In this document: in pieces, positions 27,001 to 39,039 of the stretch
Position numbering within the stretch: the stretch's first letter is position 1
Layout: each line of letters opens with the position of its first letter
NCBI GenBank assembly: GCA_964057225.1
Contig: OZ059897.1
Span: 7,626,001 to 7,690,000, forward strand
DNA length: 64,000 nucleotides
Source of the DNA: Auanema rhodensis
Taxonomy: Eukaryota; Animalia; Nematoda
Direction of reading: 5' to 3'
Program-made: the position numbers and the translations under genes
The notes under the pieces: generated by a model
What the model was told of the DNA's origin: nothing
The model's database searches: none
Seen by the model: the letters and a program-made list of their open reading frames with translations, nothing else

Positions 27001-27899
27001 CATGAATTTTTCTTAAAATATACATTTTTTTGAATTGGATTTAGAAGTAAATATACTATTCTATGCGTAGGTACTTCAATAATTTTATGAAGTTAGGAGC
27101 ATGTGTAGCCTCGTTAGCTCAGCTGGTAGAGCGTTAGACTTTTAATCTAACGGTCAGGGGTTCGAGCCCCCTACGGGGCTAATTTTTTACATTCTATCTG
27201 TCCCGAAAATGTAAAACTTAATTTTCTTACCTTGTTTGAACTTTTATTTATTCCAGAATCATGAATTTTTCTTCAAATATACATCTTTTTGAATCAAATT
27301 TAGAAGTAAATATACTATTCTATGAGGAAGTACTTCATTATTTTTATGAAATGGTGCCGATATGTAGCCTCGTTAGCTCAGCTGGTAGAGCGTTAGACTT
27401 TTAATCTAACGGTCAGGGGTTCGAGCCCCCTACGGGGCTAATTTTTTACATTCTATCTGTCCCGAAAATGTAAAACTTAATTTTCTTACCTTGTTTGAAC
27501 TTTTATTTATTCCAGAATTGTCACATCTGCAAGCACATGGTAAACATGTGCGCGCTATTCAAATAGCGGGAGCCTGAACAAGCCCCGCCCACAACATGGG
27601 ACACACATGGCACTCTTGCTTCTGGCCTAACCCAGATAGGTTGTCTTATAGCCATGTGAGTCTCATCTCTATATCATCTATATATATACTCTATTTAATA
27701 CTTTGTTATATCTCTTTATATTCTTTCTTAATGTAATTCTTATATTGTATTTTCTTGTTATCTGATAATGAATCCTTTTCGCTTTAAGTATTTGTCTTAA
27801 TAAGGAAATCGGGTCGTTCGGGTCTGCCTACCTAAGGAACAAGGTAGAAGTACATATATCTTCCGACCATGAAAAGACGGGAAGAAACAATATGTAACG

Positions 27900-27912
27900 T
27901 GGAGGTTCCACC
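27900..27912 (+). promoter_or_regulatory. Primer binding site complementary to tRNA-Gln (element B)
   Basis: TGGAGGTTCCACC directly after the 5' LTR, identical to the element A PBS. Confidence 0.85.
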
Positions 27913-29025
27913 TTGCTTACTTTACTGTTAATTTATTGACAGCAAGTTTACGAGACTTTTGGACTTAATTACCCAACAGTGAGGAGTAACCGAGCCGTGC
28001 ACCATGATTTCCCCAAAAATTATTTTGGCTACCACTTCTCCTCCGCTCAACGAAAACTGGGAGGTGTCTGAGACGTTTGGGGAAACTATCAGACAATAGT
28101 TTTGACGAGCGTTACCTTTTTGTTATGCACGCGCGTGCTATTTTGATTCATTACTTTATGATGTGAATGTCCAGTGTGGCAACAGAGCTCACTTTTTAGC
28201 TGAGTTGTTTGGAAGCTGGAGGCTGTTGGGATAATTTTATTTACGATTTTTGATTTTGATTCACATCCAAGGGTTCATCAGGGTTCTACTCCTGTTAACT
28301 CTTTTCTTATTAGTTCAGAGATAATAAGAATATTTAAATTCCTACCCACCCAAGTCCACTCTACGTCTGCCAACGTTTCCTTTTTCCTATATTATTGACA
28401 GATTACTGAATTTGAATTCCTATATCAATCTTAAATTACCTTCTAAATCTTTTGAAATTAAATTAAAAATTATCTTAATTAAGATTTATTTTGAAATTCT
28501 TTCTACAAATCTTAATAAACTTTATAAAATTGAACTTAATATACGAGATGAGACATTTTTGTTTACTTTAAGCTTACTCACATTCAAATAGTTGGCCCAC
28601 GCGTACCAGCTGTTCGGCATGTGTAGTCAATAACAGCTGTTAAAATTCAAAAGTTTTCAAACAGGCTTAAGGCACCATCTGTGATTCCTAATTTGTCTCT
28701 AAGCTGACATTAGTGATTATAATATTCAAATATCACGACAGACGGTCAATGGTTGTTTACCATAAGCGCTAACATCTGGTGTCGTGACACATGGCTGGAG
28801 GCGGAGCTTGAAGCTTCAACGATCCTCCTTCATCAGACGCCATTGTCACAAACGTTTTTACTGGAGTCTAGTTGCTTCCAGTACGCGCTCTTATATTCAT
28901 CTAACTGTATTCACCAGCCACCATGTCGGACTCGGACATCAGCGAGGACAACAAAGATTAGGAACAAGGATCACCAGAGCCATACCTTTTGTATGTCACA
29001 CAACAACAAAGAAGAATGAACAACG

Positions 29026-29226
29026 GTTAATGACTTAGTTATGATAAAAGTGAATTCTACACGAAACAAACTAACACCTTCATTCGAAGGGCCTTATTTA
29101 GTTACAGCAGTTCAAAGATCTTTCGTCGTGGTTCAAACAGATAAAGGAAAAAGCAGAAGAGTACACAAGGACTTCGTCAAACCTTACCAACGGACAACAT
29201 CTATTCCGGTTATCACAATTTCTTGA
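29026..29226 (+). pseudogene. Gypsy integrase C-terminal GPY/F fragment
   Basis: VNDLVMIK...KLTPSFEGPYLV...RRVHKDFVKPY is the canonical GPY/F module; RT, RNase H and the IN core are absent. Confidence 0.85.
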
Positions 29227-30211
29227 AGGTAGTTTTTTTTTAACAAAATCAAATTGTTGAAATTTTTCTTATTTTATTTTGTGCCATTTCTAATTGTAAC
29301 ACTTCTTTGTTGTTGATTGATTTTCTCTGAGAAGTCTGCTATTGTTTTACAAGGTTTTGTTTTATTACTCCAACTCTCATTGAGTAGATTTTTTTTTCAA
29401 CATTCTCTTGTGAATCATGCTATTTTTTATGCTTAATCATTACTTGTATTCACCTTATGGACATTAGTCATACGGGTTAAACGAGTTTTCATTTTTTTGT
29501 ACAAAACGAGCTCGACCTATTCTCAGGGTAACACCGTACCTGTACAACTCAAGAAAATGAACGACTATATCACAGTCGAATGGTTTAGAAGCAAAGCTCT
29601 CGTTTGCAAGCATTTCACTACTCAAGTGAATGAAATAGAATCTACTCGATACTACATTTCGAATTAAACAAACTTGAAGAGACAATAGCTAAACTTTCAA
29701 ATCGTATTGTATACATTTTTTTTTTATCCACTACACCATGATTTTTTTTTCCAACATCCAACTATCTTAAAAAGTGAATTAATTTATTTTGTTTTTGAAC
29801 GAGGACGTTCAACTTTTAAAGGTGGGGGGATGTCACATCTGCAAGCACATGGTAAACATGTGCGCGCTATTCAAATAGCGGGAGCCTGAACAAGCCCCGC
29901 CCACAACATGGGACACACATGGCACTCTTGCTTCTGGCCTAACCCAGATAGGTTGTCTTATAGCCATGTGAGTCTCATCTCTATATCATCTATATATATA
30001 CTCTATTTAATACTTTGTTATATCTCTTTATATTCTTTCTTAATGTAATTCTTATATTGTATTTTCTTGTTATCTGATAATGAATCCTTTTCGCTTTAAG
30101 TATTTGTCTTAATAAGGAAATCGGGTCGTTCGGGTCTGCCTACCTAAGGAACAAGGTAGAAGTACATATATCTTCCGACCATGAAAAGACGGGAAGAAAC
30201 AATATGTAACG

Positions 30212-33200
30212 GAATCATGAATTTTTCTTAAAATATACATTTTTTTGAATTGGATTTAGAAGTAAATATACTATTCTATGAGGAAGTACTTCATTATTTT
30301 TATGAAGTTAGGAGCATGTGTAGCCTCGTTAGCTCAGCTGGTAGAGCGTTAGACTTTTAATCTAACGGTCAGGGGTTCGAGCCCCCTACGGGGCTAATTT
30401 TTTACATTCTATCTGTCCCGAACATGTAAAACTTAATTTTCTTACCTTGTTTGAACTTTTATTTATTCCAGAATCATGAATTTTTCTTAAAATATACATT
30501 TTTTTGAATTGGATTTAGAAGTAAATATACTATTCTATGCGTAGGTACTTCAATAATTTTATGAAGTTAGGAGCATGTGTAGCCTCGTTAGCTCAGCTGG
30601 TAGAGCGTTAGACTTTTAATCTAACGGTCAGGGGTTCGAGCCCCCTACGGGGCTAATTTTTTACATTCTATCTGTCCCGAACATGTAAAACTTAATTTTC
30701 TTACCTTGTTAGAACTTTTATTTATTCCAGAATCATGAATTTTTCTTCAAATATACATCTTTTTGAATCAAATTTAGAAGTAAATATACTATTCTATGAG
30801 GAAGTACTTCATTATTTTTATGAAGTTAGGAGCATGTGTAGCCTCGTTAGCTCAGCTGGTAGAGCGTTAGACTTTTAATCTAACGGTCAGGGGTTCGAGC
30901 CCCCTACGGGGCTAATTTTTTACATTCTATCTGTCCCGAACATGTAAAACTTAATTTTCTTACCTTGTTTGAACTTTTATTTATTCCAGAATCATGAATT
31001 TTTCTTAAAATATACATTTTTTTGAATTGAATTTAGAAGTAAATATACTATTCTATGAGGAAGTACTTCATTATTTTTATGAAGTTAGGAGCATGTGTAG
31101 CCTCGTTAGCTCAGCTGGTAGAGCGTTAGACTTTTAATCTAACGGTCAGGGGTTCGAGCCCCCTACGGGGCTAATTTTTTACATTCTATCTGTCCCGAAC
31201 ATGTAAAACTTAATTTTCTTACCTTGTTTGAACTTTTATTTGTTCCAGAATCATGAATTTTTCTTCAAATATACATCTTTTTGAATTAAGTTTAGAAGTA
31301 AATATACTATTCTATGAGGAAGTACTTCATTATTTTTATGAAATGGTGCCGATATGTAGCCTCGTTAGCTCAGCTGGTAGAGCGTTAGACTTTTAATCTA
31401 ACGGTCAGGGGTTCGAGCCCCCTACGGGGCTAATTTTTTACATTCTATCTGTCCCGAACATGTAAAACTTAAATTTCTTACCTTGTTTGAACTTTTATTT
31501 ATTCCAGAATCATGACTTTTTTTTCAAATATACATCTTTTTGAATCAAATTTAGAAGTAAATATACTATTCTATGCGTAGGTACTTCAATAATTTTATGA
31601 AGTTAGGAGCATGTGTAGCCTCGTTAGCTCAGCTGGTAGAGCGTTAGACTTTTAATCTAACGGTCAGGGGTTCGAGCCCCCTACGGGGCTAATTTTTTAC
31701 ATTCCTTCTGTCCCGAAAATGTAAAACTTAATTTTCTTACCTTGTTTGAACTTTTATTTATTCCAGAATCTTGAATTTTTCTTCTAATATAGATCTTTTT
31801 GAATTAAATTTAGAAGTAAATATACTATTCTATGAGGAAGTACTTCATTATTTTTATGAAGTTAGTAGGATGTGTAGCCTCGTTAGCTCAGCTGGTAGAG
31901 CATTAGACTTTTAATCTAACGGTCAGGGGTTCGAGCCCCCTACGGGGCTAATTTTTTACATTCTATCTGTCCCGAACATGTAAAACTTAATTTTCTTACC
32001 TTGTTTGAACTTTTATTTATTCCAGAATCATGAATTTTTCTTCAAATATACATCTTTTTGAATTGAATTTAGAAGTAAGTATACTATTCTATGAGGAAGT
32101 ACTTCATTATTTTTATGAAATGGTGCCGATATGTAGCCTCGTTAGCTCAGCTGGTAGATCGTTAGACTTTTAATCTAACGGTCAGGGGTTCGAGCCCCCT
32201 AAGGGGCTAATTTTTTACATTCTATCTGTCCCGAACATGTAAAACTTAATTTTCTTACCTTGTTTGAACTTTTATTTATTCCAGAATCTTGAATTTTTCT
32301 TCAAATATACATTTTTTTGAATCAAATTTAGAAGTAAATATACTATTCTATGAGGAAGTACTTCAATAATTTTATGAAGTTAGGAGCATGTTTAGCCTCG
32401 TTAGCTCAGCTGGTAGAGCGTTAGACTTTTAATCTAACGGTCAGGGGTTCGAGCCCCCTACGGGGCTAATTTTTTACATTCTATCTGTCCCGAACATGTG
32501 AAACTTATTTTTCTTACCTTGTTTGAACTTTTATTTATTCCAGAATCATGAATTTTTCTTAAAATATACATTTTTTTGAATTGAATTTAGAAGTAAATAT
32601 ACTATTCTATGAGGAAGTACTTCATTATTTTTATGAAATGGTGCCGATATGTAGCCTCGTTAGCTCAGCTGGTAGAGCGTTAGACTTTTAATCTAACGGT
32701 CAGGGGTTCGAGCCCGTTACGGGGCTATTTTTTTACATTCTATCTGTCCCGAACATGTAAAACTTAATTTTCTTACCTTGTTTGAACTTTTATTTATTCC
32801 AGAATCATGAATTTTTCTTAAAATATACATTTTTTTGAATTGAATTTAGAAGTAAATATACTATTCTATGAGGAAGTACTTCATTATTTTTATGAAATGG
32901 TGCCGATATGTAGCCTCGTTAGCTCAGCTGGTAGAGCGTTAGACTTTTAATCTAACGGTCAGGGGTTCGAGCGCCCCCGGGGGGTAATTTTTTACATTCT
33001 ATCTGTCCCGAACATGTAAAACTTAATTTTCTTAAATTGTTTGAACTTTTATTTATTCCAGAATCATGAATTTTTCTTCAAATATACATCTTTTTGAATC
33101 AAATTTAGAAGTAAATATACTATTCTATGAGAAAGTACTTCATTATTTTTATGAAGTTATGAGCATGTGTAGCCTCGTTAGCTCTGCTGGTAGAGCGTTA

Positions 33201-35507
33201 GACTTTTAATCTAACGGTCAGGGGTTCGAGCCCCCTACGGGGGTAATTTTTTACATTCTATCTGTCCCGAACATGTAAAACTTAATTTTCTTACCTTGTT
33301 TGAACTTTTATTTATTCCAGAATCATGAATTTTTCTTCAAATATACATCTTTTTGAATCAAATTTAGAAGTTAATATACTATTCTATGAGAAAGTACTTC
33401 ATTATTTTTATGAAGTTATGAGCATGTGTAGCCTCGTTAGCTCTGCTGGTAGAGCGTTAGACTTTTAATCTAACGGTCAGGGGTTCGAGCCCCCTACGGG
33501 GGTAATTTTTTACATTCTATCTGTCCCGAACATGTAAAACTTAATTTTCTTACCTTGTTTGAACTTTTATTTATTCCAGAATCATGAATTTTTCTTCAAA
33601 TATACATCTTTTTGAATCAAATTTAGAAGTAAATATACTATTCTATGAGAAAGTACTTCATTATTTTTATGAAGTTATGAGCATGTGTAGCCTCGTTAGC
33701 TCAGCTGGTAGAGCGTTAGACTTTTAATCTAACGGTCAGGGGTTCGAGCCCCCTACGGGGCTAATTTTTTACATTCTATCTGTCCCGAACATGTAAAACT
33801 TAATTTTCTTACCTTGTTTGAACTTTTATTTATTCCAGAATCATGAATTTTTCTTCAAATATACATCTTTTTGAATCAAATTTAGAAGTAAGTATACTAT
33901 TCTATGAGGAAGTACTTCATTATTTTTATGAAATGGTGCCGATATGTAGCCTCGTTAGCTCAGCTGGTAGATCGTTAGACTTTTAATCTAACGGTCAGGG
34001 GTTCGAGCCCCCTACGGGGCTAATTTTTTACATTCTATCTGTCCCGAACATGTAAAACTTAATTTTCTTACCTTGTTTGAACTTTTATTTATTCCAGAAT
34101 CATGAATTTTTTTTCAAATATACATCTTTTCGAATCAAATTCAGAAGTAAATATACTATTCTATGAGGAAGTACTTCATTATTTTTATGAAATGGTGCCG
34201 ATATGTAGCCTCGTTAGCTCAGCTGGTAGAGCGTTAGACTTTTAATCTAACGGTCAGGGGTTCGAGCCCCCTACGGGGCTAATTTTTTACATTCTATCTG
34301 TCCCGAACATGTAAAACTTAATTTTCTTACCTTGTTTGAACTTTTATTTATTCCAGAATCTTGAATTTTTCTTCAAATATACATCTTTTTGAATCAAATT
34401 TAGAAGTAAATATACTATTCTATGAGGAAGTACTTCAATAATTTTATGAAGTTAGGAGCATGTGTAGCCTCGTTAGCTCAGCTGGTAGAGCGTTAGACTT
34501 TTAATCTAACGGTCAGGGGTTCGAGCCCCCTACGGGGCTAATTTTTTACATTCTATCTGTCCCGAACATGTAAAACTCAATTTTCTTACCTTGTTTGAAC
34601 TTTTATTTATTCCAGAATCATGAATTTTTCTTCAAATATACATCTTTTTGAATCAAATTTAGAAGTAAATATACTATTCTATGAGGAAGTACTTCATTAT
34701 TTTTATGAAATGGTGCCGATATGTAGCCTCGTTAGCTCAGCTGGTAGAGCGTTAGACTTTTAATCTAACGGTCAGGGGTTCGAGCCCCCTACGGGGCTAA
34801 TTTTTTACATTCTATCTGTCCCGAACATGTAAAACTTAATTTTCTTACCTTGTTTGAACTTTTATTTATTCCAGAATCATGAATTTTTCTTAAAATATAC
34901 ATTTTTTTGAATTGAATTTAGAAGTAAATATACTATTCTATGAGGAAGTACTTCATTATTTTTATGAAATGGTGCCGATATGTAGCCTCGTTAGCTCAGC
35001 TGGTAGAGCGTTAGACTTTTAATCTAACGGTCAGGGGTTCGAGCCCCCTACGGGGCTAATTTTTTACATTCTATCTGTCCCGAACATGTAAAACTTAATT
35101 TTCTTACCTTGTTTGAACTGTTATTAACTCCAGAATCATGAATTTTTTTTCAAATATACATCTTTTTGAATTGAATTCAGAAGTAAATATACTATTCTAT
35201 GAGGAAGTACTTCATTATTTTTATGAAGTTAGTAGGATGTGTAGCCTCGTTAGCTCAGCTGGTAGAGCGTTAGACTTTTAATCTAACGGTCAGGGGTTCG
35301 AGCCCCCTACGGGGCTAATTTTTTACATTCTATCTGTCCCGAAAATGTGAAACTTAATTTTCTTACCTTGTTTGAACTTCTATTTATTCCAGAATCTTGA
35401 ATTTTTCTTCAAATATACATCTTTTTGAATTGAATTTAGAAGTAAATATACTATTCTATGAGGAAGTACTTCATTATTTTTATGAAGTTAGTAGGATGTG
35501 TAGCCTC
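30212..35507 (+). repeat. tRNA-Lys(UUU) tandem array, block 3 (20 genes plus one interrupted at 35503)
   Basis: Starts 30323...35244 at 259-bp spacing; several copies carry substitutions. Confidence 0.93.
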
Positions 35508-36105
35508 CTTTCCGTTATGCTCTCACGTCGATCCTATAGACCAATAAAGCCTACAAGATGAGTGTGATAGTATTCCAGATGTAGCGGTAGTTAAAGAGCA
35601 TAATGGATAAACATAAGACTCGAGAAAGAAAGGTTTATTATGTCTACATGATTACAATAAGTTATATAAGTCTACATAAAGATATAAAGTGAAAGAGAAT
35701 GTTTGGAACCGACGAGTATCTGTTCGTGTGACTGGTGTTCAAGTTTCGATCTTTTGGTGAACGATTGAAGAGATCAGAAACTATGTTTTTAAAAGTTTTT
35801 AAACCGCCTGCACTAGTAGTGGCTACTGAAGGTGAAACTGTTGGTTCAGGGATGGACAGAGAGAGAGAGATGTCCGATTTGCTTGAGTTTTTATTTTTAT
35901 TTTTCTTATTTTTATTTGAATTAGAGGAGCGTACCTTCTTAGCAGTAACTGGTGTTTGTTCTTCCACTATGATGGATGTTTCTTCTCCTCCTGCTGGTAC
36001 GTAATCCTCGTCGCTTAATCGTTCAGTAGGTGAATAAGTGCCTGCACGAGGAGTAAAGAATTTGTCGGTTTTGTGCTCGGCTTTCTGCTCGTCTTCGATT
36101 ATAGC
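35508..36105 (-). mobile_element. Truncated family A copy 2 (partial 3' LTR 35508-35698 fused to a gag fragment 35699-36105)
   Basis: Near-identical to 9048-9238 and to 10347-10517; begins after base +5 (GCCTC) of a tRNA gene. Confidence 0.9.
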
Positions 36106-38095
36106 ACCCGACGCCATCTGCTAACCTATTCACCAGACAAGGACAATCGACATCAAGGATCCTCAAGGAGAATCAAGTTAGTTTTCATTTGTTCGCATTA
36201 ACACTTTAACCGCTTATTGAATTTGAATTGATACTCTCTGGTATCAATTATATATTTACATTAAGTTGGTAAGTTATTTTATAATTTCAATTTGTTTTAT
36301 TTTAATTTTATTATTTCACATTTTATATTGTTTATATTTCATTCACATCTGTTATCTCATACAATTTCCTTTGTTCATCTGTCCAGAAATAAATCTTTTG
36401 TCTCAAATTACTCATCCTTTTCATACACATACTTTCTGATCAATCAAACAATAATATTTTGAATACTTTTTGGATATCCTTATTATATTTCAACCAATTA
36501 ATATTAATATTGATATTATATTTTTTGATAAAAAACAACAGCATATTTAGATTCAAATTACTCAGAAAACTTTACTGAATTCATCAAAGCTAGTTTGCTC
36601 ACAATTTTTGATCGATTTTGGGAAACTCAATTTTTTCTCTCTATTTCCTACAGTAATCTCTCAACTTGAATTGTTCTCTCATCTAGTGAATCATCCAATT
36701 TTTCTTTTTTAACCAGAGAAAGATATTTATTGAATTATCTTTGCCTGAACAATCTCCATTTTAAAAAAAAAAAAAAAATTTTTAAAATATACCCAACCGG
36801 GATGGCTTTATAATATATACGCATCAAGCTAGGCTTGTGCGTATGTATAAACTCTCAACATCTGTCGATGTCATCAACCGGGGGGAAGATGAATGCTTGA
36901 TGGTACGGGAGGATGTCCTCCTTCGTGTTGAACAACTTCAACGCGTGAGTTATATTTCTTTTTAAACAACTTAACTGTCTTGCTAAGGCAGTCAGGTTAC
37001 GAGTTTCCTTTTCCGATGGAGAAGAGGGACTCATAATCATTTTGTTTGAAGAGAAATATTATTGTTCAAGTTAATTTTGTGTAGCTCTAGCTAATTTGTT
37101 GATTGATTATTAAAATCAACTGAAGAATAACAATATATAATATAAATAGGAGAAAAAAATGCGAAGATAAGAAAAAATATGCAAGTAATATAAGCAAATA
37201 AGATAAGCAAATAGTTCACTATTAGAAGCTACAATGAATATTTAGTTGAATATTTGTTAACAGTTTTTTCTTTGGAGAGTTATACTGTTAGTTTTTTCGT
37301 GTAGTTGTTACTGTTTCGTTAAATTACGTGTGTGGAATCTTTTGTAAAAAAATGTATGTTTTATCTTTTGAATATATATATATTTTTTTTTTGTTAGCTA
37401 AGTTAGTATATTTTTAAAAATTTTTTTTTTTTTTTTAAATGGAGATTGTTCAGGCAAAGATAATTCAATAAATATCTTTCTCTGGTTAAAAAAGAAAAAT
37501 TGGATGATTCACTAGATGAGAGAACAATTCAAGTTGAGAGATTACTGTAGGAAATAGAGAGAAAAAATTGAGTTTCCCAAAATCGATCAAAAATTGTGAG
37601 CAAACTAGCTTTGATGAATTCAGTAAAGTTTTCTGAGTAATTTGAATCTAAATATGCTGTTGTTTTTTATCAAAAAATATAATATCAATATTAATATTAA
37701 TTGGTTGAAATATAATAAGGATATCCAAAAAGTATTCAAAATATTATTGTTTGATTGATCAGAAAGTATGTGTATGAAAAGGATGAGTAATTTGAGACAA
37801 AAGATTTATTTCTGGACAGATGAACAAAGGAAATTGTATGAGATAACAGATGTGAATGAAATATAAACAATATAAAATGTGAAATAATAAAATTAAAATA
37901 AAACAAATTGAAATTATAAAATAACTTACCAACTTAATGTAAATATATAATTGATACCAGAGAGTATCAATTCAAATTCAATAAGCGGTTAAAGTGTTAA
38001 TGCGAACAAATGAAAACTAACTTGATTCTCCTTGAGGATCCTTGATGTCGATTGTCCTTGTCTGGTGAATAGGTTAGCAGATGGCGTCGGGTGCT
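36103..38095. repeat. Long inverted duplication: arms 36103-36792 and 37406-38095, 613-bp spacer
   Basis: AGCACCCGACGCCATCTG... at 36103 is the reverse complement of ...CAGATGGCGTCGGGTGCT at 38095; the match continues for ~690 bp. Confidence 0.92.
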
Positions 38096-38358
38096 GTGGC
38101 TGGTTGTAGCGGCGGAATGAATGACCTGTCTGGCAGCTAGGCCGTGTGGGATGTTAAGAGGGAGGAGCTAATCTGCAAAAAGTATATGTAAGATTATTAA
38201 ATGAGATAATTTAATGGATTTGAAACAAAACGAGTGGGTTAACTTCTCATAACATTTTAAAATGTTTTGATATTCCATGTCATTCGATGATGACCTAGAT
38301 AATGTGTGAGAGATGTTTGCGTGTACTAGTATGCCCTCCGCGAGGAGAAGAAAAAGTG

Positions 38359-38841
38359 TCAATCACGTTTCACGAGCAATTGGGATGTAGGTGATTGACT
38401 ACGAGAAAAATATGAAACCACGTAGGAAAGTGCAGTAAATTTCAATAGGACGTAAAATGAGATGACTACACAGAAAAATATGACAATCTTGGAATTATAT
38501 AGAGAAACAAAATTATAAATCGAATGTAAAGATGAAGAAAGATTATCAAAAATGTTGTCGTTATCTAAGTTAAGTGCAGAAGAGTATTGAGAAAGAACGG
38601 ACGAATATGAATGAAAACGTGGTAAATTGAGAGTTCCTTTGAGTGGTAAGGGATGAGTGTGAAACGAGCAGGTACCAATACACATGATGTCGACCGTAGG
38701 TGTTAGTGCGTGATATGTTAGTGTTGTGTTTGATCCAAGGGTAGTGCAGGGGACTGAAAAGGAACAATCAGGACATTGAATGTCTGCATTAGTGGGTTTG
38801 TCGGATTTGCAATATACACTGTGGTGCAAAATATTGTAACC
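38359..38841 (-). pseudogene. env: C-terminal part of the Gc-like envelope (domain III, stem, TM anchor, tail)
   Basis: Cys-spaced beta-rich segment ending LKGTL, then hydrophobic IVIFFCVVISFYVLL; lies collinear on the other side of the transposase. Confidence 0.8.
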
Positions 38842-39039
38842 TCTTTATTTTAACTTTTTTTTTCAAAGGACGTTTTGTTCCAAATCTTTTTGTATTGTTT
38901 AGAAGCTCTTAAATTTACAAACATTTTATTATTAAGAGGAAAATTAATTAACAATATGGATGTGAGAAAAAGTGAAAATATTTTTTTTACAACTTTTGGG
39001 CAAAAATAAACTTAAACAAAAAATTAAAAAAAAAAAATT

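Larger units (their letters stand above)
20144..27206 (+). repeat. 3482-bp higher-order tandem duplication within the array
   Basis: Private variants recur at +3482: the deletion junction, GTGGCCTCG (~21552/25034), GAGCACCCT (~21870/25352), GGGGCTGA (~23440/26922). Confidence 0.9.
12361..27518 (+). repeat. tRNA-Lys(UUU) tandem array, block 2 (58 full genes plus 2 half genes)
   Basis: Starts 12375...20403 (32), 20777...23885 (13), 24259...27367 (13); 3'-half copies at ~20556 and ~24038. Confidence 0.93.
27519..30211 (+). mobile_element. Non-autonomous Gypsy-type LTR retrotransposon, family B (2693 bp)
   Basis: 381-bp LTRs 27519-27899 and 29831-30211 with no difference seen, termini TGTCAC...GTAACG, TSD GAAT (27515-27518 / 30212-30215), PBS at 27900, PPT AAAGGTGGGGGGA 29818-29830. 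Confidence 0.93.

Noticed and set aside
27900-27912. Elements primed by the array's own tRNA-Lys
   Set aside because: A Lys PBS would read TGGAGCCCCGTAG; the observed TGGAGGTTCCACC matches tRNA-Gln
772-35316. CRISPR-like array (conserved repeat plus spacer)
   Set aside because: The repeat is a tRNA gene, the spacers are near-identical to each other, there are no cas genes and the context is eukaryotic
36876-36895. GGGGGGAAGA as the BEL polypurine tract
   Set aside because: Wrong strand for the minus-strand element and no LTR can be shown after it
38168-38362. 64-aa ORF right after env
   Set aside because: TTG start, no recognisable features, and its 3' part looks like low-complexity intron or UTR sequence
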